A DNA stretch of 64,000 nucleotides from Bacteroidota bacterium (GTDB taxonomy: Bacteria; Bacteroidota; Bacteroidia; Bacteroidales; Prolixibacteraceae): NCBI GenBank assembly GCA_023412195.1, contig JAEYNZ010000029.1, positions 74,228 to 138,227 of the forward strand, written 5' to 3'. The notes under the pieces were generated by a model that had not been told where the DNA came from, searched no databases, and saw only the letters and a program-made list of their open reading frames with translations. Of the stretch, positions 1 to 9,154 are shown piece after piece; within the stretch, counting starts at the first letter, position 1; each line of letters begins with the position of its first letter. A program made the position numbers and the translations under genes.

Positions 1-609
1 AGGGAATTTGGTATGGTCCAACGGGCTTTGCTTGGAGTAAGTATCAGCGATATTGATGCAAGGCTTGCCAATGAAAAAGGTTTTGAAACGATGGAGGGAG
101 TTTTTGTTTCAGGAGTTACTGAGTCAGGAGCTGCCAGAGAAGCAGGAATCAGAGAAGGGGATGTTATTCTTACTATTGCAGGTGAGCCAGTAAATTCTTC
201 TTCCGAATTACAGGAAAGAATCAGCAGGTTTCGTCCAGGTGATGATGTAGATGTGTTAGTAAAAAGAAAAAATGACAGGAAACATTTTAAGGTAACATTG
301 CGTAACAGACATGGAGACACTCAAATCGTCCGTGATGACGTGATGGTGTTGGGGGCTACATTTGAACCCGTAAGCAGTGAGGAAAAGCGCAATCTGAGAA
401 TTGAAAATGGGATTAAGGTTGCAAAAGTTGAAGCAGGCAAGCTTAAAGATGCAGGCCTTAACACGGGTTTTATTATAACTCATGTGAACAAAAAGGCGAT
501 TAATGAGGTCAATGATTTAAGAAGAGAGATAGGGAACGCAAAAGGAGGTATTTTAGTTGAAGGGATTTATCCCAATGGAGAATTGGCATATTTTGTTTTT
601 GGGGTTTAA
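1..609 (+). CDS. HtrA/DegP-family serine protease, C-terminal PDZ-domain portion (5' end lies outside the window)
   Basis: The reading frame is open from the window edge. It has two PDZ-like segments (GVFVSGVTESGAAREAGIREGDVILTIAGEPV and GIKVAKVEAGKLKDAGLNTGFIITHVNKK). Confidence 0.75.
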   Translation, partial: REFGMVQRALLGVSISDIDARLANEKGFETMEGVFVSGVTESGAAREAGIREGDVILTIAGEPVNSSSELQERISRFRPGDDVDVLVKRKNDRKHFKVTLRNRHGDTQIVRDDVMVLGATFEPVSSEEKRNLRIENGIKVAKVEAGKLKDAGLNTGFIITHVNKKAINEVNDLRREIGNAKGGILVEGIYPNGELAYFVFGV

Positions 610-694
610 ATGTTGATGTTAACATTAAATTCTGATTCAATGTATTAATTGATCCTTTTTAGAAACAGGCTCCTTTTTTCCCTAATTATTAATG

Positions 695-702
695 TATATT
701 TG
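695..702 (+). promoter_or_regulatory. candidate Bacteroidota -7 promoter element (TATATTTG) for rpoD
   Basis: It matches the TAnnTTTG -7 consensus of Bacteroides primary-sigma promoters and lies 25 nt upstream of the rpoD ATG. The motif alone is expected by chance many times in 64 kb, so the position is the only real support. Confidence 0.35.
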
Positions 703-726
703 CACGTTTTTTTAAGGAGAGAATAA

Positions 727-1587
727 ATGAGACAATTAAAGATCACAAAGTCCATCACGAATCGTGAGAGCGCTTCGCTTGATAAATATTTGCAGGAAAT
801 AGGTAAAGAGGAGCTTATAACTGTTGAAGAGGAAGTAGAACTTGCTCAGCGTATCAAGAAAGGTGATCAGGCTGCTTTGGAGAAATTGACACGGGCTAAT
901 CTTCGTTTTGTTGTTTCGGTAGCAAAACAGTACCAGAATCAGGGTCTTAGTCTGCCCGATTTAATAAATGAGGGTAACCTTGGTCTTATTAAGGCTGCTG
1001 AAAAATTTGATGAAACCCGTGGCTTTAAATTTATTTCTTATGCCGTATGGTGGATTCGTCAGTCAATTCTTCAGGCATTGGCTGAACAATCACGTATAGT
1101 GCGTTTGCCCCTGAACCAGGTAGGTTCTTTGAATAAAATCAATAAAGCATATTCCAAATTCGAGCAGGAACATGAACGGAAACCTTCACCAGAAGAGTTG
1201 GCCGATTCACTTGAGTTACCTGCAGACAAAGTAGCTGATACCCTCAGGGTTTCCGGCCGTCATGTGTCGGTTGACGCTCCCTTTGTTGACGGTGAAGATA
1301 ACAGCCTCCTTGATGTGCTGGTTAATAATGATTCTCCCAATGCCGACCGGTTGCTTATTCAGGAGTCACTGGCAAAGGAAATACACCGTGCTTTGGCTAC
1401 TCTTACTGAAAGAGAAGCTGATATCATTCGCCTCTTTTTTGGAATCGGATGCCAGGAAATGACACTTGAAGAAATCGGTGAACGATTTGGATTGACACGG
1501 GAGAGAGTCAGACAAATAAAGGAAAAAGCCATCCGCAGGTTAAGGCATACTTCACGAAGTAAACTTTTAAAAACCTATTTGGGTTAA
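727..1587 (+). CDS. rpoD: RNA polymerase primary sigma factor (sigma-70 family, RpoD/SigA)
   Basis: 286-aa ORF with sigma regions 2-4 ([56 protein letters not shown]). The compact size is typical of the Bacteroidota housekeeping sigma. Confidence 0.93.
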   Translation: MRQLKITKSITNRESASLDKYLQEIGKEELITVEEEVELAQRIKKGDQAALEKLTRANLRFVVSVAKQYQNQGLSLPDLINEGNLGLIKAAEKFDETRGFKFISYAVWWIRQSILQALAEQSRIVRLPLNQVGSLNKINKAYSKFEQEHERKPSPEELADSLELPADKVADTLRVSGRHVSVDAPFVDGEDNSLLDVLVNNDSPNADRLLIQESLAKEIHRALATLTEREADIIRLFFGIGCQEMTLEEIGERFGLTRERVRQIKEKAIRRLRHTSRSKLLKTYLG

Positions 1588-1603
1588 ACATAAATTATTG
1601 AGT

Positions 1604-1641
1604 GAAAAAAACGGTGACTGAAATCAGCCACCGTTTTTTTA
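1604..1641. terminator. bidirectional intrinsic terminator between convergent rpoD and the OmpA-family gene
   Basis: A-run, then the stem ACGGTGACTG/CAGCCACCGT with an AAAT loop, then a T7 run. It reads as a hairpin plus U-tract on both strands. Confidence 0.7.
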
Positions 1642-1648
1642 TATCCTG

Positions 1649-3184
1649 TTAATCCATTCCAAGGATTGTAAATTCTGTTCTTCTGTTCAACCTGTGCTGT
1701 TCTTCAGTGCATCTGATGTCACCGTTACATTCATTTACAAGCTGGGATTCACCATATCCCTTTGCTGTTATTCTTTCATTACTGATACCTCTTGAAACAA
1801 TATAATTCACTGCCGATACCGAGCGCCTGTTACTGAGCATATCGTTGTATTCGAAGCTACCCCTTGAATCAGTATGTGAACCCAGCTCCACTTTCCATGA
1901 AGGATTATCTTTCATGATAGTTACAAGTTTTTCAAGTTCTGATTCAGATTCAGGCAGCAGGTTCCATTTATCAAAAAGATAATAAATATTCTGCATGACA
2001 AATTTTTGCCCTATCTCAACCTTTTCAACTGAAATTTCTTTCTTCAGAATGCCATAGGGATGTTTCTTAGTTGAAAATGCCACAGATGCATTCATATAAT
2101 CCTCCAGGCTGGTACCTGCTGTATAATCAGTTGCCTTAGCCAGTTTTCGCCTGATTATCCCGCCGGAGTCGGTTATGTGGTCATTATGATCGCTGAAATT
2201 CACCCTGATACCAGGCATAGGATTACCACTTATTTTGTCTGAAACAAGCAGTTCAAGTTCATACTCCCCCTGGAAAGTTACCTGAAAAATGTCATCATCA
2301 CCCTCTCCTCCGGAACGGTTTGACACAAAAAACCCTGTTTCTTCATTATGATGTACTACAAGCCCAAAATCATCAGCATCGGTATTCAATGCAGAAAAAT
2401 TAACGGGTTCGCTGAATCCGTTTTCATTCAGGGCAGCATGGTAAATATCAAATCCACCTTTACCGTCTGATTTTCCACTTGAAGCATATATTAAAAGGTT
2501 TCCCTTATGCAGATACGGAAACATGTCGTTGCCTGAGGTATTTATTTTATTTCCAAGATTGATCATATCGCCCCACTTGCCGTTTTTCCTTATGGTCATA
2601 TAAAGATCGGTACCCCCATGTCCTTTACCACGAATGTCGGAAGCAAATATCAGCGTGTCACCAGTGACTGAAATAGCGGGGTGGCCAGTGGAGTAGGATG
2701 AACTGTTGAAAGGAAGTTCCCCCGTTAGTGCCCATCCATCTCCTGATTTTGTGAGAATAACAATTTTTAGCGGGATGTTTTTCTTTTGGAAAACGATATT
2801 TTTTACCTCCGCATTTTCATAATTGCTCAGCGTTACAAACAATTCACCTGTTTTTTTGCAATAGGATACGGGGCCTGCATGATATCCCGAACTGGCCTGC
2901 TCCGGGATAAGAACCCTTCCTCCTCCAAAATGACCTTCACTATCAACTGGAGAGGAAAATAGCTTATAATAAACATTTTTTGTGCGGCCCTGCTTTAACT
3001 TGTTCAAGTCTTCAGTCATAAATCCTGAAAAGAAGAGTTCGTCTCCCACGTATGAAGGCCCAAAATCACTCCATGCAGTATTAGATGAAATTTTCTCAAC
3101 CTGGAGTGTTGTATTTTCATGGAAAACCTGTGCCATTAGGCAAATTGGAAGTATAGCCAATAAACTGAATATTGATTTTTTCAT
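1649..3184 (-). CDS. OmpA family protein with TolB/PD40-like beta-propeller region
   Basis: N-terminal signal peptide (MKKSIFSLLAILPICLMAQ), repeated propeller-like segments, and a C-terminal OmpA_C peptidoglycan-binding motif (LGSHTDSRGSFEYNDMLSNRRSVSAVNYIV...NRRTEF). Confidence 0.85.
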   Translation of the reverse strand: MKKSIFSLLAILPICLMAQVFHENTTLQVEKISSNTAWSDFGPSYVGDELFFSGFMTEDLNKLKQGRTKNVYYKLFSSPVDSEGHFGGGRVLIPEQASSGYHAGPVSYCKKTGELFVTLSNYENAEVKNIVFQKKNIPLKIVILTKSGDGWALTGELPFNSSSYSTGHPAISVTGDTLIFASDIRGKGHGGTDLYMTIRKNGKWGDMINLGNKINTSGNDMFPYLHKGNLLIYASSGKSDGKGGFDIYHAALNENGFSEPVNFSALNTDADDFGLVVHHNEETGFFVSNRSGGEGDDDIFQVTFQGEYELELLVSDKISGNPMPGIRVNFSDHNDHITDSGGIIRRKLAKATDYTAGTSLEDYMNASVAFSTKKHPYGILKKEISVEKVEIGQKFVMQNIYYLFDKWNLLPESESELEKLVTIMKDNPSWKVELGSHTDSRGSFEYNDMLSNRRSVSAVNYIVSRGISNERITAKGYGESQLVNECNGDIRCTEEQHRLNRRTEFTILGMD

Positions 3185-3294
3185 GATCCCGTTGGTATTT
3201 AGATTGACAGGTTAATATTACTTCATTTAGAGTAATAAATCAAGTGTTCAACGACTTAATGTGTCCTATTCCGGGAAAATCAGCTGTCAGGATC

Positions 3295-4704
3295 TTAAAC
3301 TTTTTTCTCCAATAGAACAACATTTTCAACATGGTGGGTATGAGGAAACATATCAACCGGCTGTATTGCTCCTGGATTATATATATCACTTAGCAATAAA
3401 AGGTCGCGCGCCTGGGTTGCCGGATTACAGCTTACATAAACAATTTTTTCCGGTGCCAGTTCAATTAAAGCATTTACCACTTCTGCATGCATCCCTGCCC
3501 GAGGCGGATCAGTTATTACAACATCAGGGTATCCATTGTCTGCTACAAAATCACGGCTTAGTACATCCTTTATATCTCCTGCGTAAAAAGATGCATTGGC
3601 AATACCATTCAAGAAAGCGTTTTCTTTAGCATCAGAAATAGCTTCGGGAACATATTCAATGCCTATAACTTTTTTTGCATTCCTTGCTATGAAGTTGGCA
3701 ATGGTACCAGTACCAGTATATAAATCATATACGATTTCATTTCCTGTCAATCCGGCAAATTTCCTGACAATATCATAAAGGTTATAAGCCTGTTCTGAGT
3801 TGGTCTGATAAAAACTTTTTGGACCTACTTTGAATTTAAGGTTTTCCATTACCTCATAAATGTAACTTCTTCCGGCATAAACTTCAATATTCTGATCTGT
3901 AATGGTGTCATTACCCTTTGAATTAATTACGTATAAAAGAGAAGTTATTTCCGGAAACCTGTTCATTACTGCATTCAGCAAGCTTTCCCTGGCAGCTTTG
4001 TTTTCCTGGTAGAATGATAATATAACCATCAACTCATTGTTTGAGCCTGTCCTTATGATCAATGTTCTTAGAAAACCTTTTTTTTCTTTAATATCAAAGA
4101 ATTCCAGCTGGTTTTCCTGGGCATATTCATAAATGTAATTCCTGATTTCGTTTGACGGAGACCGTTGGAGCCAGCATTCTTTAATATTCACAACCTTATC
4201 AAACAAGCCAGGTATATGGAACCCCAGTGCATTGGATTCATTAATCTGACCTTCTGACCTGATCTCCTCGGTTGTAAGCCATCTTTTATTGGAAAAAGTG
4301 AATTCGAGTTTGTTGCGGTAAAATGTACTTTTTTCGGAACCTATAATGGGAGAAACAGATGGTAAATTAATTCTTCCAATTCGCCTAAGCTGATCTTCCA
4401 CCTGTTTTTGCTTGTATTGAAGTTGCTTATGATATGGCAGGTATTGCCATTTACAGCCTCCGCAAACCCCAAAATGACGGCAAAATGCTTCGGTTCTGTC
4501 TTCTGAATATTCATGAATCTTTGTGACAATTGCCTCCTGGTAGCTTTTCCTTTTTTTTGTTACCTGTAAATCTACAACATCACCGGGTACTACTAAACGG
4601 GTAAAAACAACCATATCATCGATTCGGGCGATGGCTTTTCCTTCGGCGCCTATACTTTCTATTCGAATTTTGGTGTAAAAAGGTTTTTTGCTTTTTCTTG
4701 ACAC
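3295..4704 (-). CDS. rlmD: 23S rRNA (uracil-C5)-methyltransferase RlmD/RumA family
   Basis: TRAM-like N-terminus, Fe-S Cys cluster (CRHFGVCGGCKWQ), SAM-methyltransferase motifs (DLYTGTGTI, DPPRAG) and the catalytic Cys region (YVSCNPAT). I set the start to the in-frame GTG at 4704, which follows a TATATTTG motif. The ORF track's ATG at 4791 would add 29 non-conserved residues. Confidence 0.85.
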   Translation of the reverse strand: MSRKSKKPFYTKIRIESIGAEGKAIARIDDMVVFTRLVVPGDVVDLQVTKKRKSYQEAIVTKIHEYSEDRTEAFCRHFGVCGGCKWQYLPYHKQLQYKQKQVEDQLRRIGRINLPSVSPIIGSEKSTFYRNKLEFTFSNKRWLTTEEIRSEGQINESNALGFHIPGLFDKVVNIKECWLQRSPSNEIRNYIYEYAQENQLEFFDIKEKKGFLRTLIIRTGSNNELMVILSFYQENKAARESLLNAVMNRFPEITSLLYVINSKGNDTITDQNIEVYAGRSYIYEVMENLKFKVGPKSFYQTNSEQAYNLYDIVRKFAGLTGNEIVYDLYTGTGTIANFIARNAKKVIGIEYVPEAISDAKENAFLNGIANASFYAGDIKDVLSRDFVADNGYPDVVITDPPRAGMHAEVVNALIELAPEKIVYVSCNPATQARDLLLLSDIYNPGAIQPVDMFPHTHHVENVVLLEKKV

Positions 4705-4714
4705 TTTTTTTCTG

Positions 4715-4722
4715 CAAATATA
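4715..4722 (-). promoter_or_regulatory. candidate -7 promoter element (TATATTTG on the minus strand) for rlmD
   Basis: TAnnTTTG match with 10 nt between the motif and the in-frame GTG at 4704. It sits inside the longer ORF-track version of rlmD. Confidence 0.3.
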
Positions 4723-4925
4723 GTGTTTACAAGCTTTTGAGGAACTTTTCAGATCAAAAACTGATTCCCATTTAAATACTATTCTTCCCATTATGGGAAA
4801 AACCAGTGATTTTGATTCATAAGAGGTTGTTTTTGTGGATCAAATACTTTCATGGTAGCAACTTTTTTCTTTATATTTGTTATGATTTAATGGTTGGTTT
4901 TATTTTCAGAAATAGAACTTAAAAA

Positions 4926-5048
4926 GGGGAAAGCATCTTCTGTATTTATGATTGGTTTTGTGTTTAGGGGTTTGTAAATCATCAATCATCTTCAAAAAGC
5001 GTCCATAGCTTTCCCCTTCCTTTTTTTACCCGAAAGGGTATTTTTTTT
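4926..5048 (+). ncRNA. candidate structured RNA (stand-alone sRNA or 5' leader) ending in two stacked terminator-like hairpins
   Basis: GGGGAAAGC (4926-4934) pairs perfectly with GCTTTCCCC (5008-5016). This stem encloses nested stems (ATGATTG/CAATCAT) and is followed by T7. A second hairpin, ACCC-GAAA-GGGT (5028-5039), is followed by T8. No upstream + strand gene exists for these terminators to serve. Confidence 0.35.
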
Positions 5049-5100
5049 GTCCTTATTTTTTCAACTTAATTTATACCTTATCCTATTCATCATTAATCAT

Positions 5101-5108
5101 TATCTTTG
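5101..5108 (+). promoter_or_regulatory. candidate -7 promoter element (TATCTTTG) for the ABC-F gene
   Basis: TAnnTTTG match 19 nt upstream of the ATG at 5127. It overlaps the TTG start used by the ORF track, which argues for 5127 as the real start. Confidence 0.3.
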
Positions 5109-5126
5109 GCGCCTCTGATAGATAAA

Positions 5127-7079
5127 ATGATTTCATTAAATAAAATACAGGTTACATTTGGTGGTTTTGATCTGCTTAAAGAAGTCAGCTTTTTGATACA
5201 GGCTGACGACAGAATTGGTTTAATAGGCAAAAATGGTGCAGGGAAAACAACATTGCTCAAACTGGTTGCCGGGATTTCACAACCATCAGGCGGGGATATA
5301 GGTATTGTTAAGGGAACAACGGTTGGTTATCTGCCCCAGGAAATGCGGTTGAAGGATCATTATACCCTGGCTGGTGAAACCAAACTGGCTTTTGAGGAAA
5401 TTCTGTCGCTGGAAAAAGAAATAGCCCGTTTAAATCATGAAATTTCCATTGCCGAGGATTATCATTCGGCTGAATATATGAAAAAGCTCGACAGGATTAC
5501 CGAACTGAACGAGCGATTTTCAATATTAGGGGGAGATTCCTATGAAGCTCAAATGGAACAGACGCTTCTTGGCCTTGGCTTCGAACGGAGCGATTTTTCA
5601 AGACCAACATCCGAATTCAGCGGTGGCTGGAGAATGAGGGTTGAATTGGCTAAATTGTTGCTCAAAAAGCCTGATGTGGTTTTGCTCGATGAACCCACCA
5701 ACCACCTGGATATAGAATCAATTCAGTGGCTTGAAAATTTTCTTAAAAATTACAGAGGGGCTGTAGTACTGGTTTCTCATGATAAAGCCTTTCTTGATGC
5801 AGTATGTAACAGGACCATTGAAATATCTCTTGGTAGAATCACTGATCAGAAAATGAATTTTTCTGCTTTTGTAATCTGGAAGCAGGAGCAGCGTGAGGTT
5901 CAGATGGCTGCATTTCGCAACCAGCAGAAGTTGATAGAAGATACCGAAAAGTTTATTGAAAGGTTCCGGTATAAGGCTACTAAGGCCGTACAGGTACAAT
6001 CAAGAATAAAACAACTTGATAAAATTGACCGTATTGAACTGGAAGAGCAGGATAATGCTGCACTGCGGATAAAGTTTCCTCCGGCTCCCCGTTCCGGCCG
6101 TTTGGTCGTAGAAGCTAAAAACATCAGCAAAAACTATGGCAACCTTCTTGTCCTTGATGACATTGATCTTACTGTTGAACTTGGCGAAAAAGTAGCTTTT
6201 GTCGGAAGGAACGGAGAAGGTAAAACCACTCTTGTAAAAATTCTGCTGGAGCAAATAGAGCATCAGGGAACCATAAAAATCGGGCATAATGTAAAAGTAG
6301 GCTATTTTGCCCAAAACCAGGCGCAATTATTAAATGAGGAGCTCACAGTCTTTGAAACCATTGATGAAATTGCTACAGGTGAAGTCAGAACTAAAATCAG
6401 AAACATATTAGGTGCCTTTCTTTTTTCCGGTGAGGATGCAGATAAAAAGGTAAGGGTGCTAAGTGGTGGTGAGAAATCAAGGCTTGCCATGATCAGACTT
6501 ATGCTGGAACCTGTAAATCTGCTGATACTTGATGAGCCTACAAATCATCTTGATATGCAATCGAAAGATATTTTAAAAGATGCCCTGGCTCAGTTTTCCG
6601 GAACAGTGATCGTTGTTTCCCACGACCGCGATTTCCTGAACGGGCTGGTAGATTGTGTTTACGAATTCCGTCAGAAAAAAATTAAACAGCACCTTGGCGG
6701 CATTTATGACTTCCTTCAGAAAAAAAAGATGGAAAGCTTAAAGGAACTTGAAGTAAATTCAAAAAGCTTTATAAATACACCAGGATACCGTTCCGGTGAG
6801 AAACAACAAGGTTCTGAGGTAAGTTTTGAAAAACAAAAGGAAATAAACAGGAATATCGCAAAACTTGAAAAGCAGGTTGTAGCCACGGAAGCAAGGATTG
6901 AGGAACTTGAGAATAAAATAGCAGAGATCGACAGGAAGCTTTCTGCACCTGATTTAGATAATCAGGAAGGAATTTTCAGTTTATATGAAAAGTTGAAGCA
7001 GGAGCTGTCGGCGGTTATGGAAAAATGGGAGAGGGACCATGAAGACCTTGAAAACTGGAAGATGAAAAAGAACTGGTAA
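5127..7079 (+). CDS. ABC-F family ATPase (translation-factor type, no membrane domain) with C-terminal coiled coil
   Basis: Two nucleotide-binding domains: GKNGAGKTT / FSGGWRMR / LLDEPTNHLD and GRNGEGKTT / LSGGEKSRL / ILDEPTNHLD. The inter-domain linker (RFRYKATKAVQVQSRIKQLDK) is of ordinary, not extended, length. There is a Glu/Lys-rich coiled-coil tail. Confidence 0.9.
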   Translation: MISLNKIQVTFGGFDLLKEVSFLIQADDRIGLIGKNGAGKTTLLKLVAGISQPSGGDIGIVKGTTVGYLPQEMRLKDHYTLAGETKLAFEEILSLEKEIARLNHEISIAEDYHSAEYMKKLDRITELNERFSILGGDSYEAQMEQTLLGLGFERSDFSRPTSEFSGGWRMRVELAKLLLKKPDVVLLDEPTNHLDIESIQWLENFLKNYRGAVVLVSHDKAFLDAVCNRTIEISLGRITDQKMNFSAFVIWKQEQREVQMAAFRNQQKLIEDTEKFIERFRYKATKAVQVQSRIKQLDKIDRIELEEQDNAALRIKFPPAPRSGRLVVEAKNISKNYGNLLVLDDIDLTVELGEKVAFVGRNGEGKTTLVKILLEQIEHQGTIKIGHNVKVGYFAQNQAQLLNEELTVFETIDEIATGEVRTKIRNILGAFLFSGEDADKKVRVLSGGEKSRLAMIRLMLEPVNLLILDEPTNHLDMQSKDILKDALAQFSGTVIVVSHDRDFLNGLVDCVYEFRQKKIKQHLGGIYDFLQKKKMESLKELEVNSKSFINTPGYRSGEKQQGSEVSFEKQKEINRNIAKLEKQVVATEARIEELENKIAEIDRKLSAPDLDNQEGIFSLYEKLKQELSAVMEKWERDHEDLENWKMKKNW

Positions 7080-7819
7080 TGAATGATAATGATTTTGTTT
7101 TTGGAACCCGTGCTGTAATTGAAGCCATTAAGAGCGGCAGGAACATCGAACGGGTATTGATAAAAAAAGGACTCGATAATGAACTCTTTGATGAACTGTT
7201 TCAACTTATAAGAGAATCAGGTATCTCTTTTCAGTTTGTGCCGGTTGAAAGAATTAACCGTGTTACAAGAAAAAACCATCAGGGGGTACTGGCATTTATG
7301 TCAGCCGTTGAATACACTGATCTCGGAACACTTCTTCCCGGACTTTTTGAATCGGGAAAGGATCCTTTCCTTCTTATCCTTGATCAGGTAACTGATGTTC
7401 GAAATTTCGGGGCAATTGTACGGACTGCGGAATGTGGCGGTATCGATGCGGTTGTCATACCCGAAAAAGGTATGGCACAAATAGGCTCCGATGCAGTAAA
7501 GACCTCGGCAGGCGCTCTTCATTCTGTGCCAGTTTCAAAAGTAAAAAGCCTTGTTCATGCCATCCGCTTTCTGAAGGAATCAGGTATACGCATTGTTGCC
7601 GCTTCGGAAAAGTCGGCAACCCTTTACACAAGAGCAACAATGAGTGGTCCTCTTGCTATAGTGATGGGATCTGAAGAAAGCGGGATATCTCCTTCCATAC
7701 TGAATATGGCAGATGAGCAGGTGCGGATTCCATTGTACGGAAAAATTCAATCACTCAATGTTTCAGTGGCAGCGGGTTTGATGATATATGAAGCCTGCCG
7801 GCAAAAAAATCAGCTGTGA
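7079..7819 (+). CDS. rlmB: 23S rRNA (guanosine-2'-O)-methyltransferase RlmB (SpoU/TrmH family)
   Basis: N-terminal substrate-binding domain plus SpoU methylase motifs (NFGAIVRTAECGG, GSEESGIS, IPLYGKIQSLNVSVAAG). The ATG overlaps the ABC-F stop (TAATG). Confidence 0.85.
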   Translation: MNDNDFVFGTRAVIEAIKSGRNIERVLIKKGLDNELFDELFQLIRESGISFQFVPVERINRVTRKNHQGVLAFMSAVEYTDLGTLLPGLFESGKDPFLLILDQVTDVRNFGAIVRTAECGGIDAVVIPEKGMAQIGSDAVKTSAGALHSVPVSKVKSLVHAIRFLKESGIRIVAASEKSATLYTRATMSGPLAIVMGSEESGISPSILNMADEQVRIPLYGKIQSLNVSVAAGLMIYEACRQKNQL

Positions 7820-8277
7820 ACGGGAATGGTTCTTCTGAATGTCTGTTCCAGTGAAATAAAGGTTTCGGTACTTGAAATCCCCTGAATCTTTTGAATCTGA
7901 TAACTTAAAATACTCTTTAAGTGCTCGTTGTCCCTCGCATATACCTTAATGAAAATGGCATATTGCCCTGTTGTATAATGACATTCCACGATTTCGGGAA
8001 TGAGCTTAAGTTTTTCAACCACCTCACTGAAAAGCCCTCCTTTTTCTAAAAATATACCAATATAACTGCATGTTTTATAATCTACCTTGTTTGGATTGAT
8101 ATGGTATCCTGAGCCGATGATGACCTCCAGTTCAATCATCCGGTTCACCCTCTGATGAACTGCGGCCCTGGAAATACCAACTTCATTGGCAACATCCTTA
8201 AATGGAATCCTTGCGTTTTGTGTAATAATGTCCAAAATTTTCAGATCAATATCATCTAAGCTGTTTTTTAAAGCCAT
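7810..8277 (-). CDS. Lrp/AsnC family transcriptional regulator
   Basis: 155 aa with an N-terminal HTH (LDDIDLKILDIITQNARIPFKDVANEVGISRAAVHQRVNRM) and an AsnC/RAM ligand domain. It shares the identical IPEIVECHYTTGQYAIFIK segment with the neighbouring paralog. Confidence 0.9.
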   Translation of the reverse strand: MALKNSLDDIDLKILDIITQNARIPFKDVANEVGISRAAVHQRVNRMIELEVIIGSGYHINPNKVDYKTCSYIGIFLEKGGLFSEVVEKLKLIPEIVECHYTTGQYAIFIKVYARDNEHLKSILSYQIQKIQGISSTETFISLEQTFRRTIPVHS

Positions 8278-8353
8278 AGTTTATTTTTTTCTTCAAATGT
8301 AGGAAAAACAAGATATTTTACCTCCATGGAGTTTTATTAAATAGACATACAGT

Positions 8354-8382
8354 AAAAATGCCGGTTGTGATCCGGCATTTTT
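8354..8382 (-). terminator. intrinsic terminator after the upstream Lrp/AsnC gene
   Basis: Stem AAAAATGCCGG/CCGGCATTTTT around a 7-nt loop. On the minus strand it is followed by a T-run, and it abuts the stop codon at 8381-8383. Confidence 0.6.
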
Positions 8383-8863
8383 ACTGAACAGGCACCTGCC
8401 GCTTAAAATCCATTTCAAGGGAAACAAAGGTTTCTGTCCGGGCTATACCTTCAATTTCCTGAAGCTTTTCATCAATAATTTTTTTAAGATGCTTATTGGT
8501 TTTAGTCTGAATTTTAATAAAAATGGCATATTGTCCGGTGGTATAGTGGCACTCCACTATTTCAGGAATATCCCTCATGGCGGCAACAACCTGTGTGTGA
8601 TACTTCGCTTTTTCAAGATATATACCCATATACGCACATGTATTGTATCCCAGTTTCTGTGGATTGACAATAAATTCACTTCCTGTTACCACTCCAATAT
8701 TGAAAAGCCGTTGTACCCGCTGGTGAATGGCAGCTCCTGAAACTCCGCATTCCCTTGCTACTTCTAAAAATGGAATCCGGGCATTTTTTGTTATAAGTTT
8801 TAGGATTTTTTCGTCCAGTTGGTCTATATCTGCAGCCTGCTCGAGGTAATCTGATTTATCCAT
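8381..8863 (-). CDS. Lrp/AsnC family transcriptional regulator (tandem paralog)
   Basis: 160 aa with HTH (LDEKILKLITKNARIPFLEVARECGVSGAAIHQRVQRL) plus a RAM domain. Clearly paralogous to 7810-8277. Confidence 0.9.
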   Translation of the reverse strand: MDKSDYLEQAADIDQLDEKILKLITKNARIPFLEVARECGVSGAAIHQRVQRLFNIGVVTGSEFIVNPQKLGYNTCAYMGIYLEKAKYHTQVVAAMRDIPEIVECHYTTGQYAIFIKIQTKTNKHLKKIIDEKLQEIEGIARTETFVSLEMDFKRQVPVQ

Positions 8864-9154
8864 TCTTCTTATGCTTTCTGTTTCAAATTATAAAGCAAAA
8901 GTAGAAAAAAATTACAATTATAAATGTGTGATGCTATATAACATTTAAATTTCTGTAAAACTACCTTTTATAGTGAAAATTAAGTAAATAGAATTTTAAA
9001 CTTGTGATGAATTCCTAAGTGATAAAACTGAAAAGATGATTTTTCTCATCTTCCGTCGTTTTCTCAGGATGATTTAATTATTTATGATCTGCCCGCTGGT
9101 TTATTTATTGTCCGGGAATATTTTAATTTTAAGCCTCTTTTAAATGGGTTCAGC

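Noticed and set aside
5106-5126. N-terminal extensions produced by the ORF track's upstream or alternative starts. Examples: ABC-F TTG 5106, hydE 34632, nrfH 40932, porin 41047, TM1266-like 32100, peptidase 34543, C1 peptidase 57528, TPR 58138, tag 58143, paaK TTG 42865 and 25524.
   Set aside because: Downstream ATGs give canonical N-termini, signal peptides or lipoboxes. The extensions are non-conserved-looking and in two cases contain promoter-like motifs.
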